From Balamuthia mandrillaris (lineage: Eukaryota), in assembly GCA_031835245.2 (NCBI GenBank), contig JAVKOQ020000074.1, forward strand, positions 124,001-188,000: 64,000 nucleotides of DNA, written 5' to 3'. Position 1 is the first letter of the stretch. Every line of letters starts with the position of its first letter. Positions 40,954 through 54,543 of the stretch are shown in pieces. The position numbers were made by a program, and so were the translations under genes. The notes under the pieces were generated by a model. The model saw only the letters and a program-made list of their open reading frames with translations, did no database searches and was not told the origin of the DNA.

Positions 40954-43667
40954 TGTTGATGGGGGATAAACCCTGTGGATCAAGAAAGGGATGGCATGTA
41001 AGCGACTCTGGGTTTATTCACAAGAAAAGAGGTGTGGACCAAAGTGTGCTTTGAATGTGTCACAAGGAAAAAGGGAAAATAAAAAGGGGTGAGAGAATTC
41101 AGGATATCCAGGGAAAGTGTTAATAGGAAGTCATAATGATGCGAATTGTTGGTTTTCCAACATCACTGCCTTCCTAAAGAGAACTAACACCATTTGCGAC
41201 GTTTCTTGGGGTACTTCTTCCCCCAGTAGGTGGAGATGGGTTGCTGAGAGCCAAAGTCCTTGGCTGCAACCCAAGAGTTGTCTGAGTCGGGGTATCCTTT
41301 CCACAAGGTAGTAGTGGTCAGAAGGTGGGCCATCATGGTCGAGGATCTTTTCCACTTCATAGTGCTTGTCTTCAAAAGGAGTGTTGGGATCCATAGGCTT
41401 GAGAGCACTTGGAGGAGCCTTGTCAGGGAGTATGTCGCCAGTGATGTGTTGAAGAACATAGGCTCCGTTATTGGTGCAGTGGTGGATGATGAAGGGACCG
41501 AGAAATTTGGGGTCGATTTTAGAGTTTGCTGAGTCTATGAAGGCTGTGGCATGCTGACGGTTAAGGAGAATGGGAGTCGTGATGGGAGGTTCCACTTTGT
41601 CCTTGCAGTCGTCTTCTACATCATCATCGTCATCTGTGTGGAGACCTTCCGCGTGGATAGCTTCAGGGATGACTGCAGGGCTGGAATCGTCCGCAGTAGA
41701 GTCAGGAGTGTTGCCAGAGTGAAGGAGAGAGTTAGGTCGAGGGCAGCAAGCGCTATGTTGCCTTGAATTTCCTAAGCATGGCGGACAGCTTCCATGAACT
41801 CCTGCTTTGTGGTAGCATCCAGTGTGTTTGTAGATTGCTGGTTGGTTCCAGGGGGAGGTGTAGCTGGTGAAGGAAATGGTGACGAAGGTGGTGATGATGC
41901 TGGAGCCAGTTGCTGAGATGATGATGTCTGCGCTTGGCTAGAGTTGAGTGCTGCCAGCTGGCGAGGTTTACACTGATGACCAGGATGCCAGGGCGCTGAG
42001 CACTTGCGGCAGGTGTGCTTGTTGGAGGACAGAGGATGTCCTGAAGATGAGGAAGAAGATGAGGAGGACCCATTGTTGTTGCCATTGTGGTGTTGGCTGG
42101 TACTGGCCTTGCTAGGCGTTTGGGTGCTGTCTCTCATCTGCTTTATCCGTTTACATTCAGCTGCTGAGTGTCCAGATGTAGGATGAAGAGGGCAGCTGGT
42201 GCTAGAGGGAGCCTTGTGTGCGTAGAGATTAGCTTCAACACTAAGGGCGATCTGCACAGCTACATCGTACTTCTCTGCGTTCTGTGAGAGCAATATGTTG
42301 CTAACTGATTCCAGGAGACAAGGGTTGAGGCAGCATTTCAGCACGGCTATCTTTTGGGCTTCAGATGGCTGCTCAACCATCTGTTGAAGGATGTTGTCAA
42401 TCCTCTCAATGACCTTTCTCACTGGTTCCTTGGGTCAGTAAGTCAGCTTGAAGAAGTCATCATGGAGATGGGTTTCAAGTTCTGTGCTGCTGAAGTGGGT
42501 GGCATAGATGTCTCTGGCCTGATGCCATGGCAAGCGAGGTATTACTATGTTGTTTTGTACCCAGCTGGAAGCAGTCTTTGACCCTTGTGTGTGCTTTGCT
42601 AGGGCCATGTTCCACAAGTTTGGGTTCAGGTTGACAATCTGAAGGTTGTTCTCCAGTTGCTGAAGGAAGGGTTCCAGGTCACCATCACGTTCAAGGTTGT
42701 AAGCCGAAAGACCAGTCAGAATCTTAAATTCAAATGAAGAAGAGTCCGGAGAGGTAGGTCTTGCTGAAGGGAAGAATAATAGGCGTTCTGTAAAAGATAC
42801 ATTCGCTGCATGGTAGGGGGTGTCCGCTATGTGGGCTGGACTGTCGAAGAAGAGGCTCTCTTCACCTTCTTTGACCTTATCAGACTTGGTGTGTTGTTGC
42901 CGTTGGGCTATGACCACTTGGTTGAGCTTGGTACGCTTGAGGCGGTCTGCTATTTTGTTCATGATGGGGGTTAGGGTGTCCAACTGGTTGTCTGCATGTG
43001 CGATGGTGTTTGTGATGGTTGTCTCATAGTGCTCAAAGACGGACTCGTCTGTGCACTTGAGGAGGATATCAACAGCTTCTACAAGGTAGCTGATATTGGA
43101 GGTTTGAAGCTTGAGGCTGTTGAGCTGTTTGGAGAGGTATTGGGAGTCTTTCTGCTCTGCTTGCTGGAGAGTGTGATCCAGTTCCTGGATGCATTGCTCT
43201 GCGGAGTAGAGATCCTGTTTTGTGGCTGTTGATTGGGAGAAGATTTTATCCTCGTTGATTGTCTGATGTATGTACAGAGATTTGAGGAGCTTGTCCCATG
43301 AGGCCGTGAGGAGTTGGATGGAGGCTTGCTCCTTTTCAATGAGGAGATGAAGTTCCACAGGGGATGATCTATCCCAACATTGAGCGCTAAGCTCGTTGTT
43401 GTTGCTCATTGTGGTAGAGTTGAACCTTTCTTGCCGCTAAGAGTTCGCTTAAAAAATGTTGATGAGGGATAAACCCTGCAAATCAAGAAAGGGACGGCAT
43501 GTAAGCAACTCTGGGTTTATTCACAAGAAAAGAGGTGTGGACCAAAGTGTGTACTTTCAATGTGTTGCAAGGAAAAAGAGAAAATAAAAAGGGGTGAGAG
43601 AATTCAGGATATCCAGGGAAAGTGTCAACAGGAAGTCATAATGACATGAATTGTTGGTTTTCCAACA
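40954..43667 (-). mobile_element. Internally deleted chromovirus-like Ty3/gypsy LTR element (gag plus integrase C-terminus/chromodomain only)
   Basis: LTRs 40954..41162 and 43457..43667 (TG..CA), AATG TSD. gag-like ORFs 42435..43409 and 41772..42422 with CRKCSAPWHPGHQC knuckle. PKFLGPF (GPY/F) and YEVEKILDH..YYL..WKGYPDSDNSWV chromodomain at ~41200-41520. No RT or RNase H seen. Confidence 0.88.
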
Positions 43668-43699
43668 AATGATAAAAGATGAGAAAGAAGGCAACAGGG

Positions 43700-44110
43700 A
43701 GGCAATGAGGACACCTCAATTGACAGCTGGGCTGCCCCGATCATCACTGGTGATTCCTTGGGAAAAGGTAGTAAATATAGTATTGACTGCACTTGGCCCA
43801 GCAATCAAATGTGCTATTTGATGCAAGCCACAAAAGCTTCCTGTCACAGCGGCTGCTCCTCTTCACCCCATTTTCCATTCTGCCTATTTTGGTACACTAG
43901 AAGAGCGTACCCTAAGCACAGAGCAAGAACTGTTGGATGTGTTTGGCCATTATACAAGGAGAGAGTTCAAACATGGCTCCTATGCAGTGCTGGCTCCAAA
44001 TGTTACCATTGAGTATATGGCAAATACAGAGAAAACGTGGCTGAAGTTGAAGTATCGTGTTTACAATTGGAATAACGTACTTCAGTGGCCAGAAAGCTAT
44101 TTTTTTGAGG
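43700..44110 (+). pseudogene. Decayed coding-like fragment of unknown identity
   Basis: Coding-like composition (..LLDVFGHYTRREFKHGSYAVLAPNVTIEY..LKYRVYNWN) with in-frame stops, followed by GT and a pyrimidine-rich intron-like tract. Confidence 0.3.
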
Positions 44111-44234
44111 TTTGTTTTGGTTTGGTTTGGTTTGGTTTGGTGTTATTTTTTTTGTTTTCATTTTTCTACCCTTTTAAGCCTTTCTGCCCTTTATTTCTTT
44201 CCTCTAAAACTTTTTTTCATTTAAAAGGACTGAT

Positions 44235-44605
44235 GGACCTCTCCTTTTTCTGTCTCTGTTGAACCAAGGACCTCTCTGCTTTCTCCTCTGCTGGACCTTT
44301 CCTCCTCTATTGGGCTCTCCTTCTCCTCCTCCGTTGGACCTCTTCTCCTTCTCCTCCTCCATTGGACCTCTCTTTCTTCTTCTCCTCTGTTGGACCTCTT
44401 CTCCTTCTCCTCCTCCGTTGGACTCTTTCTTCTCCATTGGACCTCTTCTCCTCCTCCTCCGTTGGACCTCTTCTCCTCCTCCTCTTCCTCTGTTGGACCT
44501 CTCCTCCTTTTCCTCCTCTGTTGGACTCTTTCCCCTCCATTGGATGTCTTCTTCTCCTCTGTTGGACCTCTTCTCCTTCTCCTCCTCCTTTGGACCTCTC
44601 TGTCT
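44235..44605. repeat. Minisatellite with ~24-30 bp pyrimidine-rich unit (..CTCCTCYGTTGGACCTCT..)
   Basis: More than ten imperfect copies of the TTGGACCTCT core. Confidence 0.85.
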
Positions 44606-45116
44606 TCTTCTCCCTTTTGGCTGCGACAAAATAGGTGCTCACACACAAATGCCTCCATTGTCTTCTCTGTGCTTGTTTGGCTTGAAAAAAAATAATAAAC
44701 CACAAACCAGAAAAGTAAAAAGTTGACAATTAAAAAAATGAATGATGTCAGCAATAATTGAATCAACCATCACTGACATCATCTTCACTAAAATAGGTCT
44801 ACTGATGTATTTTCAGAATTCCATTACTCGAAGTGCTTAATACTTTTTGTTTCCTTGTTCCCTTTGAATATTACTTAATATTATTTTGGCTCTATCTATT
44901 TGTGTTATTCATTCTTTTTAACAATTTAAAAAATAATGAACAAAAAAATAAAGAAACAAAAGAATTTATGCAATAAAAGTTTTTGATAATATTAAAAAAA
45001 ACATGATCATATGTCGCAGGATTAGGAAGGGACCTACTCAAAATTTCAAGGTTCAAATTTTCAAGGGGTGATTTTTCATTTAGTTTTACACAAATGTTGA
45101 AATTTTGTGGCAACAC

Positions 45117-45512
45117 TGTTATGCCACTCTCCCATAAAACCTATCCCTATCTCTCCTTGTATATATATATATCTTTCTTTCATTTTATAAGGGTCTTTTT
45201 CCTACACCCATCAAGTTGGTGTCTGTTAGGTTGTTCCCCTACCAGCAGATGTTGTCCTTAGTTATTTTGAACTCTTTTTCTTCTTTTTGAAGTAAGGCAC
45301 AGATTCTGTGGATAAAGAAGGCTGTAGCAGTGCTTGTGAAGTGAAAAAAAACTACAAAGAGCACTTATATATATAAGGAGAGATAGGGATAGGTATTATG
45401 GGAGAGTGAAAGAGATATATATACAAGGAGAGATAGGGATAGGTATTATGGGAGAGTGGTATAACAATGCAAAACAAAAGCTCTTTCTTTCATTTTATTA
45501 AAGGTCTTTTCC
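45117..45512. mobile_element. Cluster of rearranged family-A LTR pieces
   Basis: Forward copy 45117-45245; inverted 5' halves at ~45365-45408 and 45411-45466; LTR middle part at 45481-45512 that continues at 61220. Confidence 0.65.
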
Positions 45513-47716
45513 CTGTAGCCCCACTATCATTGCTATTGGCCCAAATGCTTTGATTTACTATTGGCTTAGTAATAAAAATTTCATTAGTCCGAAATTATTC
45601 TTCGAATAAATTGATTAGGATTACTACCACGCCAAGAAACTGTGTTCTGCTCTTTCTTTTTGCTCAACAAACAAACAACAACAACAACAGAATACCTTAC
45701 AAACCATGCCTTGACAATGACGCCCACAAGTTTTGTGCGAGAAATGCAAAAAATGTTTCACACCACACTACTCCAGTCAGTGCTACACTTGCTTATCCAA
45801 CAAGGAGAAGTTCAATGGGTGCAAGCGCTGCTATGCTGCCAGGAAGCAAAACAAAGAATGTCAACGACAGCTACTGGAACAGCAGCAACAAATGGCAGTG
45901 GAGGCTCTGGAGCATGCTGCAAATGAACAAGAGCAAGAGCCTGAGTTGGAAGAGGAGCAGACGCTTTCCATGGAGGTTCCATCAAGCCCACCTGAGCAGC
46001 CCTCTCGCCGCCACTCTCAAGCCAACCACAAGGCCTTCCCAGACAACAAGCATGCCTGCTTTGCAATGCTATGAGCTCAATGCTTAACCAGCGCAGAGGC
46101 TGGTGCCAAAGCTTACAAAGCGGTCCTTGCTTGCCATGGCATTGCTGTTCATCAACCTTCTGCAGACACCATCCATTGAGCTACTGTGGAGGGTGGGATC
46201 TTGGCCGACTATGCTATGATTCGTCTGTTGGTAGAGTCCAAAGACCTCTGGGTAGGCATTGATGAGTCTTCCAAAGTAAACAGCCGGTCTTTTGTGGAGA
46301 TTGAATTTGCCAGCTCTCACCCTAAGCTTGGCTTTGTTCTCTACCCCGCTGCTGTTATAGAGGTTATTTCTCACACTTCTGAAAACATGCTTGGCTACAT
46401 TGAAAATACTTTAGTAGGTACTTGACATCTCTCTCTTTCTGTTTACCTCCTTCCTTTCTCTTCTACTCTCTCTCTTTCTCTCTCTCTCTTTACCACTTTC
46501 TCTCTGGTCCTCTTCTTTCTCTTTTGTTTGCTTTTACCACTTTTCATGCTAAACTTGATATTTACCACTTTCATAAAGAGCTGAACCAAAAGGGAGAAGA
46601 ACAAGGCCTGTCTGCTATTGAGCTTTGGGAATTTCGTGTTGAAATTTCTCTACAATGCTCCTATTACCCGCTTTCGCTATTTTCTAATTCCCCGATTTAC
46701 ACGATGTCATCATCCTTGATGCCATCCCTTTCCTTCCCTCTGATAGCTATGACGCTATCCTATTTCTCCTTTCTCCCGCTCTTATATTTAAAGAGCTCCT
46801 TTATCATTTGTATTCTAATAGACAGACAGACAATACACATCTTTTCTTCCACACATTGTTTCCCTTCCACTGCACACCTCTACTCTTCTAACAGGTTATG
46901 GGCCTGTAACTCACACACAAAATGACGACTCTACGCTCTAGCAACTCTCTTCCCATCTTTGATGGCGAAAACTACGAGCATTACCGCTCACTGCTTCATC
47001 AACAACTCAAAACGAAAGGCCATGCTACCATCATGAAGTTGGAAACCGGAAGCTCAGGCATCATCACTGCCCCTGCTGATGCCAGCGCAGACACTACAGC
47101 GTACAACAAGCAGCAACAAGATATCGGCAAGTGCTGCGAGATCATCACGCTTTCTCTGTCTCTGCGGATCCACAACTTTGTGTGTGACCTACCCTACCCC
47201 GGTGACATGCTAAACAAGCTGAACTCTCTCTTTCACCACATTGACCAAATCAAGGCAGTAGGTCTCCTGAAACAGCTAATGAGTCACAAAGTGAATGAAG
47301 CAACATTCACGTCAGACATCTCAACGTTGAAAGACCTTTTCAACAAGCTTACTCTCTATGCAAGCAAACCGGAAAATCCCATTCTCTCTGTCAGTAGTTC
47401 CACTCAAGTGATGATCGCTGTCTTCTGTCTTCCTGATGAGTACCATGATCTTTTTCGTGGGACTAACACTGCAAAAACAGTGGATGAAGCCCTGAACACT
47501 GCGATGGTGGAGTACTCTCACTGAAGCAAAAAGGGCGTCATACCGGAAGAACAGGCGCTCTTCACCAAAACTGGCAAACCTTACTGACAGAACAAAGGCT
47601 CCTCAGGCAGCAGCAGTGCGCCACGAAGAAAAAGGAACAAGTTCCCACCCTGCGAGCACTGTCAATAGCAGAACCACCCAAGCAGAAGATGCTGGAAGAA
47701 GTTTGGCTATCCATCC

Positions 47717-47757
<41 letters not shown>

Positions 47758-49592
47758 AAAGGAGAAGCGAAATGACAAAGGCAAAAGCAAGCAACCAGTG
47801 GACTCCTCTGATGATGATGAAGAAGCCTATGTGGCTCTCATGGCTCGAGATGAAGAAAATCTTCACTCCTCCTCTTCCTCCTCCTCTTCTATGTTGTCAA
47901 TAAAAACTGTTTACTGGTATCTTGATTCTGGAGCAAGCAAGCACATGAGTCCGCACAACGAATGGTTCACCGATCTTGATTTTCAGTATACTCAAAAAGT
48001 CATTTTGGGAAACAATCAGTCTGTCCCCGCTGTTGCTCGAGGCAACATCTCTCTTGTCCTTGACAGCAGTAAAACCTCCACAACACTTAAGAATGTTCTC
48101 CTAGTTCCAGACCTTACAACAAATCTACTCTCCGTGTCAGCTCTCACAGATGCTGGCTTCAAGGTTGACTTCAACATGAGCTCGTGCACCATCTATGACA
48201 GCAAGCAAAGATGTGTTGCTGTCATACCCAAGCTCAACAGAACCTACCTGGTCCGTGCTTATCACATCATCAAAGATGGTCACGCATACGCTTACTTCGC
48301 AAGCTCGGTCTCCTCCAAAGAGCCACTCTCCTCTACTTCGCGGCATCCCACAAATGCTCCTGCTTATCTGCAGCCCACGCCCCTTGAACTCTGGCATCAA
48401 TGTCTCGGTCATATCAACCTCAACTCTCTCTGTCGGTTACCTCTCCTTGTTAATGGCGTTAAATTCTCCAGCGGCTGCAGAAGCAAAACTCATCTCTCGG
48501 ATGTCCCTCCATGCCAAGCCTGCATCCTCGGTAAGCAACAATGAGTCAAGGCACCTAAGAAGTCCTCGACGCGTGAAACCGAAAGACTAGCTCTCATCCA
48601 CTCTGATGTCTGTGGCCCTATGGGTCCCTTGAACGGTGGCGCTCGCTATTTTGTCACCTTCACTGATGACGCTACTTGTAAAACTTGGGTCTACTTTATG
48701 AAACGCAAAAATGAAGTTCCTGAACACTTTGAACACTTCTGCACTTGTGTGGTCAAGCAGACTGGTGGTCTTGATATTCGCAAATTCCGAAGTGACAGTG
48801 GCGGAGAATATCTCAGCAAAAAGTTCAAGGAACATCTCAGCACACTTGGTATCAAACAGCAAAGGACAGCAGCAAATGCTCCTCATCAAAACGGCATTGC
48901 TGAGTGCAAGAACAGAGTCCTCATGGAAGCAGCATGTTGCATGCTTCAGCAAGCTAAACTGGGCGACCAATTCTGGGCAGAAGCAGTTCACGGCAAACTA
49001 CATAAGGAACCATGTGGGCACCTCAGCGCTTGATGGCAACATCACGCCTGAAGAAGCTTGGTCCGGAAAGAAACCTTCCCTTGCTCACCTTCGTACATTC
49101 GGTTGTTCTGCCTTTGTGCATGTCCCGAAGTCCCAACGAAACAAGCTTGCCCCTTGTGCCAAAGAAATGATCTACCTCGGTCCTGAAACAGGAGCCAAAG
49201 CCTATCATCTCTACAACAAGGCAACAAAATCAATTGTTGTCAGCAAGGATGTTACCTTTGTGGAAAGCAATCCTGTCCCCATTGATGAAAGTCCCTATGT
49301 AATTGTCTACCCTGGTGAGGATGATGACAACGATAGTGATGACAATGATGACGATGATGATGTCCCAGGCGGCTCCAAGACCTCTGCAAGCCCTGCTCAA
49401 AACGTACCTCATGCTATCTCCCTGAACAGCGTCTCTCCTCCAGGTCCTACTGCTACAACAGCGGCCTCTCCTCACAATGATGCTCAACTCATGGATCCCG
49501 AAGGACCCCCTCCACTGATATTGGACTACTCCCACAACACTGGATCATCCTCATCAGAAGCTCTGATTCCTCAGTCCAGTGCTCTAAGTGAG

Positions 49593-52500
49593 TGTTGGAA
49601 GGTATGGTCCAGAGTGCGCAGAACCAGTAGTGCAAGTGTGGTGTGTGTGGTCAAGTTCTTGTTATCACTGTTATTTTATTATCCTCCGAAGAGGTGTCTT
49701 ATATACTTATTACAAAAGAAATTTCATTTCTTCATTCTTTCTTTGTTGTGGAATTTCTGTGGTGTTTCTGGGATGTCGACAGGAATGCATTGGGAAAGTT
49801 CTGAACTGGGAAGTTCAGAGTTTCAACACTCCCCCTCAATGCTGACTGGCGATGGATTGATAGTGTTCCAAGGATACTATACCTGTTTGCTGAATGAGTG
49901 GATCAAATCTCTTTTCCGGTAATGGCTTCGTGAAGGTATCCGCAATGTTCTTGTCGGAAGGAACATAGTGAAGGTCAATTTCCTTTGTCTGAATTCATTC
50001 TCGGATGAAATGATATTTGATGTCGATGTGTTTTGTTCATTCGTGGTGGACTGGGTTGTGAGCAAGCTTGATGCAACTTTGATTGTCCTTGTAGATGATG
50101 GTTGGAGAAACTTGAGGATGTTCGAGGTCTTTGAGAAGTCGTCTTAGCCATATTGCTTCTTTGGTTGCATGATATGCTGCGATGTATTCAGCTCCAGTTG
50201 TTGAAGTAGAGACGAATGGTTGTTTCTTCAAGTACCAAGAAATGGGACCTTGGCAGAGCTTGAAGATGTATCCGGAGATGGATCTGCGGGTATCGGTATC
50301 GTTGGCGTGATCTGCGTCACAGTAGCCGACGAGGATTTTGCTGTTTGGATTATTGCCGTCATAGAGGATGCTGTGAGTTCGAGTTCTGTTGAGATAGCGG
50401 AAGATTCATTTTACTGCTTTCCAGTGTTGGGTTGAGGGATCTTCCATGTAGCGACTGACCATGCTTACTGCGATTGCGATGTCTGGTCTTGTAGATGTCA
50501 TGGCGTACATGAGACTTCCAATTGCGCTCTGATAGGGGACTTTTGGATCAAGAGTAGGTTTGTTTTCTGAGCGTTTTGGAAGGAATTTGTCAGTCATCGG
50601 AGTGTCCTTCGGTTTCAAGTCGAGCATGTTGAAGCGTTGAAGGATGGTTTTGATGTATTTCGTTTGATGAAGGAAAGTTCGTTTGTTCTTGATGTCGCGT
50701 TCGACTTCGATGCCAAGAATGTATTTGACAGGTCCAAGATCTTTAATGTCAAAGAAGGATGCGATTTGTTTCTTGGTTTTAACTAGGAGAGAAGTGTTGC
50801 TTGCGCTGATGAGCATGTCATCAACATAAAGGGCGATGATGACTTTAGCTCCCCCTTCAACCTTGATGTAGATGCAGGGATCAGCGGTGCTTGGTTTGAA
50901 TCCAAGTTCTTTGAATCTGCCGTCAATGGTTCCATTCCAGACTCTAGCTGATTGCTTGAGCCCGTAAAGGCCGCGACGAAGAAGACAGACCCAATCAGGA
51001 TGTTGTGGGTCGATGTAGCCTTCTGGCTGGTGCATGTAGATCATTTCGTTGTTGAGGAGGCCGTAAAGGAATGCGGTGCAGACGTCCATTTGATGAACGG
51101 TGAGTTTTTCGTAGGTAGCAATAGCGAAGAAGGTTCGAACGGATTTGAGTAGAACGACAGGAGAAAAAGTTTTGAGGTAGTCAATGCCGTATTTCTGTGT
51201 GAATCCTTTTGCGATGAGTCGTGCTTTGTGAGGATCGATTAGCTTGTTGACAGTGTGTTTTAGCTTGAAGACCCATTTGCAGTCAATAGGTACTTTGCCT
51301 GGAGGAAGAGGAACAAGTTTCCAGGTGCCGTTCTTGCAAAGAGCTTTCATCTCTCTGTCTGTCGCTTTGCGCCATTTGTCTTTGTCATGTCATGACATTG
51401 CTTCCTTGAAGGTTTTGGGTTCGTTTTCATCGAGTATCCCAGCAACAGATGCTTGGACGATATCGATGAGGAGTTGTGATGGAGTACGCGATCGAGTAGA
51501 GCGTCATAGTGAGGAGTTAGAATCTGAAGATTCTTTTCCTTTATCCGAAGATGTTGTTGCTGATGAAGAAGTTGCTTCCGTTGAAGTAGATGAAGGATCA
51601 GATGAAGAGGATTGTTCGGATGTTTCTGCTTGAGATGAAATCGATTCCGAGGGTAATGAAGTTCCGCCTGGTAGTTTGTTGTTGTCGGTGTTGAAGAAGG
51701 GTAGAGGCGTAGATGGTTCGTCATTGACGAGAGGAGGAGGCGTGGATTGATCATCATCAAGTTGTTGATCCGCAGGTGATTCCGTAGAAGGGTTGTTGCC
51801 TTGTGATGATGATGAGGAGGAAGACGTTGTAGTTGTTGTTGCTCCCCCTGTTGTTGGAGCTCCCCCTATTTGCCGTTTTCCCTTGTTCTTTCATTTTGCA
51901 AGTCGTTTTTTCTTTGTGACAGGAACGTTGTTTGAGGAACCAGGAGTATCTTCTTGTTCTAGCGTTTGTTCCAAGTCGAATTTGAATGTAACTTGTTTCT
52001 CTGCAGTAGTAGAGGTTTGCGTTTGTTGTGAAGCTTTGTTTTGAGATTTGTTTTGCACTTCGAGTGGCGTTTCCTTTCGAGCGTCTTTTTGCATTTTGTT
52101 GGTTGAGAGCGTGAGTGGTGAATTGGTGAAGGAAACATCTCGGCTGATGATGACTCTGTTGGTTTTGGGGTCGTATAGTTGATGAGCGTTCGCGTTATCC
52201 TCAGGTCCAAGGTAGATGCACGGTTTAGAGTGTGAGTCGAATTTGTGACAGTTTTGTTTAGGAATGAGAGCGTATGCTTTGCATCCGAAGATGTGAAGAT
52301 CGTCGAGGTTTGGCTTCTGGTTGGTCCAAAGTTCCTCCGGAGATTTGCCGTTGAGAACAGCAATGCCGATTCGGTTGCAGATGTAGTTTGCCGTGCGTAG
52401 AGCTTCGCCCCAAAGTTCTTTGCCGAGTTTGCTCTGAAGAAGAAGGCAACGTGCTTTCTTGAGAAGAGTTCTATTCTTGCGTTCAGCCACTCCGTTTTGA

Positions 52501-54543
52501 TGAGGTGAATAGGGAGCGGTTCATTGATGAATGATGCCTTTTCGCGCTAGGTATTGGTTGAAGGCTTTGGAAAAGTATTCTCCTCCGCCGTCGCTTCTTA
52601 GAGTTTTGATGGTCTTTCCGGTTTGGTTGCTCACTTGCACTTCGAATTCTTGAAATCAGAGAAATACCTCATTTTTGTTCTTGATGATGTAGACCCAAGT
52701 TTTTCTGGTGAAGTCATCCGTGAAGGTGATGAAGTAGTGTCCTCTGCTTTTGGATGGAACTTTGATAGGGCCGCATACGTCGGTATGGATGAGTTGAAGA
52801 GGATATCGAGTTTGTATGCCGTTGAAGCTAGTTCATGTGATCTTCTTTCAATGTTGTTTCACCTGTATGCAGACTTTGCAAGGTGGAAGAATGGATGGTA
52901 TGCAAGGGAAATCTTTGATGATGCCTTCCATATGTTTCATCACTGTAGCACTTGCATGACCTAATTGTTGATGCCATAGTAGGATTTGGTTGGTAGAATT
53001 TTTGAGTTCGGTAGCTGCGAGAGCCCTTTCAAGTGATGAAGAGGAAGAGTAGACGTTTGTGAGGTAGTAGTTGCCACCCATCTTTTGTCCTTTGGCAGGA
53101 CATCAGTAATGATGATGTTGTTGTTGTTGGCCGGAATGATGTGGTCACCAATGCCGACTGCTTTGACCTCAAAGTTGTTGCCGAGAAGGATAGGAATAGG
53201 TGGACGAAGGGGACGAAAGTTTGAGAGGAGAGAGCGATTGCATGTCATGTGCTTTGTAGCACCCGAGTCAATATACCATAAATGTTCAATGTTATTAGAC
53301 TGAGAAGAAGTAGATGCAGAAGAGGAAGAGGAGGAAGAGGCATTTGCCTGAGAGGATTGGTTGTATCTGCCGTAGCAGATGTCGGCCATGTGTCCAGTCT
53401 TGTGGCAGATCTGGCATTCGGCCCTCTGTTGTCCTCTGCGTTGTTGCTGTCTCAGCCGTTGTAGGTATCGCTGCTGCTGACCGGGGGGTGCCTGCTGCCG
53501 TCCATTCTGGTGTCCATGGCCGGTGGATGGTCTCTGCCTCTCTTTGCCTTTTTCTTTGACCCATAGCGCGCCTTCTGCAGGTCGTTCGTTGCTTAGTCTT
53601 GCCTTGTGTAGAAGAAGAGTAGATGTGATGGAGCTGAGCGAGAAGGGTTTGTCTGAGGAGAAAAGCGGTGTGATTCGGTTCTCCCATTCTTTGCCGAGTC
53701 CGTTGAGGATGATGAAGGCTAGTATGTCTTCGGGAAGTTGTATTTTAAGGTCGTTAAGTTTTTGTTCAAGGCGCTGGACTCGTTCGATCCAAGTGCTGAT
53801 GTTTTCACTTGCCTCTTTCTGTGCAGTGAAGAATCGTTTGAGGAGGAAGAAGCAATGACCGCGGTTCTGGTTGTTGAACTGTTTGTTTAGTGCGTCATAA
53901 GCGTCCTTAGCGCGTTCTTTTTGTATGTAAATGTGGTGCTTATCGGGTACAGTCATCGCAAGTAGAAGGAGTACTTGTGTGTTTTTAGTCTCCCATCTTT
54001 GTTTCTCTTCAGTTGAAGCTTGAGTGTTTGGCGGGTTCTCATCAATGATGTTAAGAAGTCCTCGTTGTTTGAGAAGTAGACGTATGGTCCATGACCAGCT
54101 TTCCCATTTGCCGTCGTCTAGTTTCTTGATCTCCGAGAGTTTCTCTCCAAAAATGGATGAAGAAGATGTGGTTGTGTTGAGCGAAGATGAGTTGGACGGG
54201 GTTCGGGAAGAAGCAGAAGAGGATGATGATGCCGCGGAGTCAGTGTTAGCGTTAGTGGTAGTGTCTGCCATTGTTATCGCAGTCAACTGGGCTGTGGGCC
54301 CATAACCTGTTGGAAGGTATGGTCCAGAGTGCGCAGAACCAGTAGTGTGAGTGTGGTGTGTGTGGTCAAGTTCTTGTTATCGCTGTTATTTTATTATCCT
54401 CCAAAGAGGTGTCTTATATACTTATTACAAAAGAAATTTCATTTCTTCATTCTTTCTTCGTTGTGGAATTTCTGTGGTGTTTCTGGGATGTTGACAGGAA
54501 TGCATTGGGAAAGTTCTGAACTGGGAAGTTCGGAGTTTCAACA
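49593..54543 (-). mobile_element. Ty1/copia LTR retrotransposon B (degenerate), nested in copia A
   Basis: 236-bp LTRs 49593..49828 and 54308..54543; GTGAG TSD; PBS GGTTATGGGCCC; PPT TGAGGGGGAG. CQICHKTGHMADIC, WYIDSGATKHM, AERKNRTL, HQMDVCTAFLYG, YVDDML. Confidence 0.97.

Noticed and set aside
45101..45118. hAT-like terminus GTGGCAACACTG
   Set aside because: No partner TIR found in the window, and it overlaps the TG start of an LTR.
47522..47524. Programmed readthrough or TGA recoding in TE ORFs
   Set aside because: Stops are explained by CGA->TGA decay, and host genes use TGA as a normal stop.
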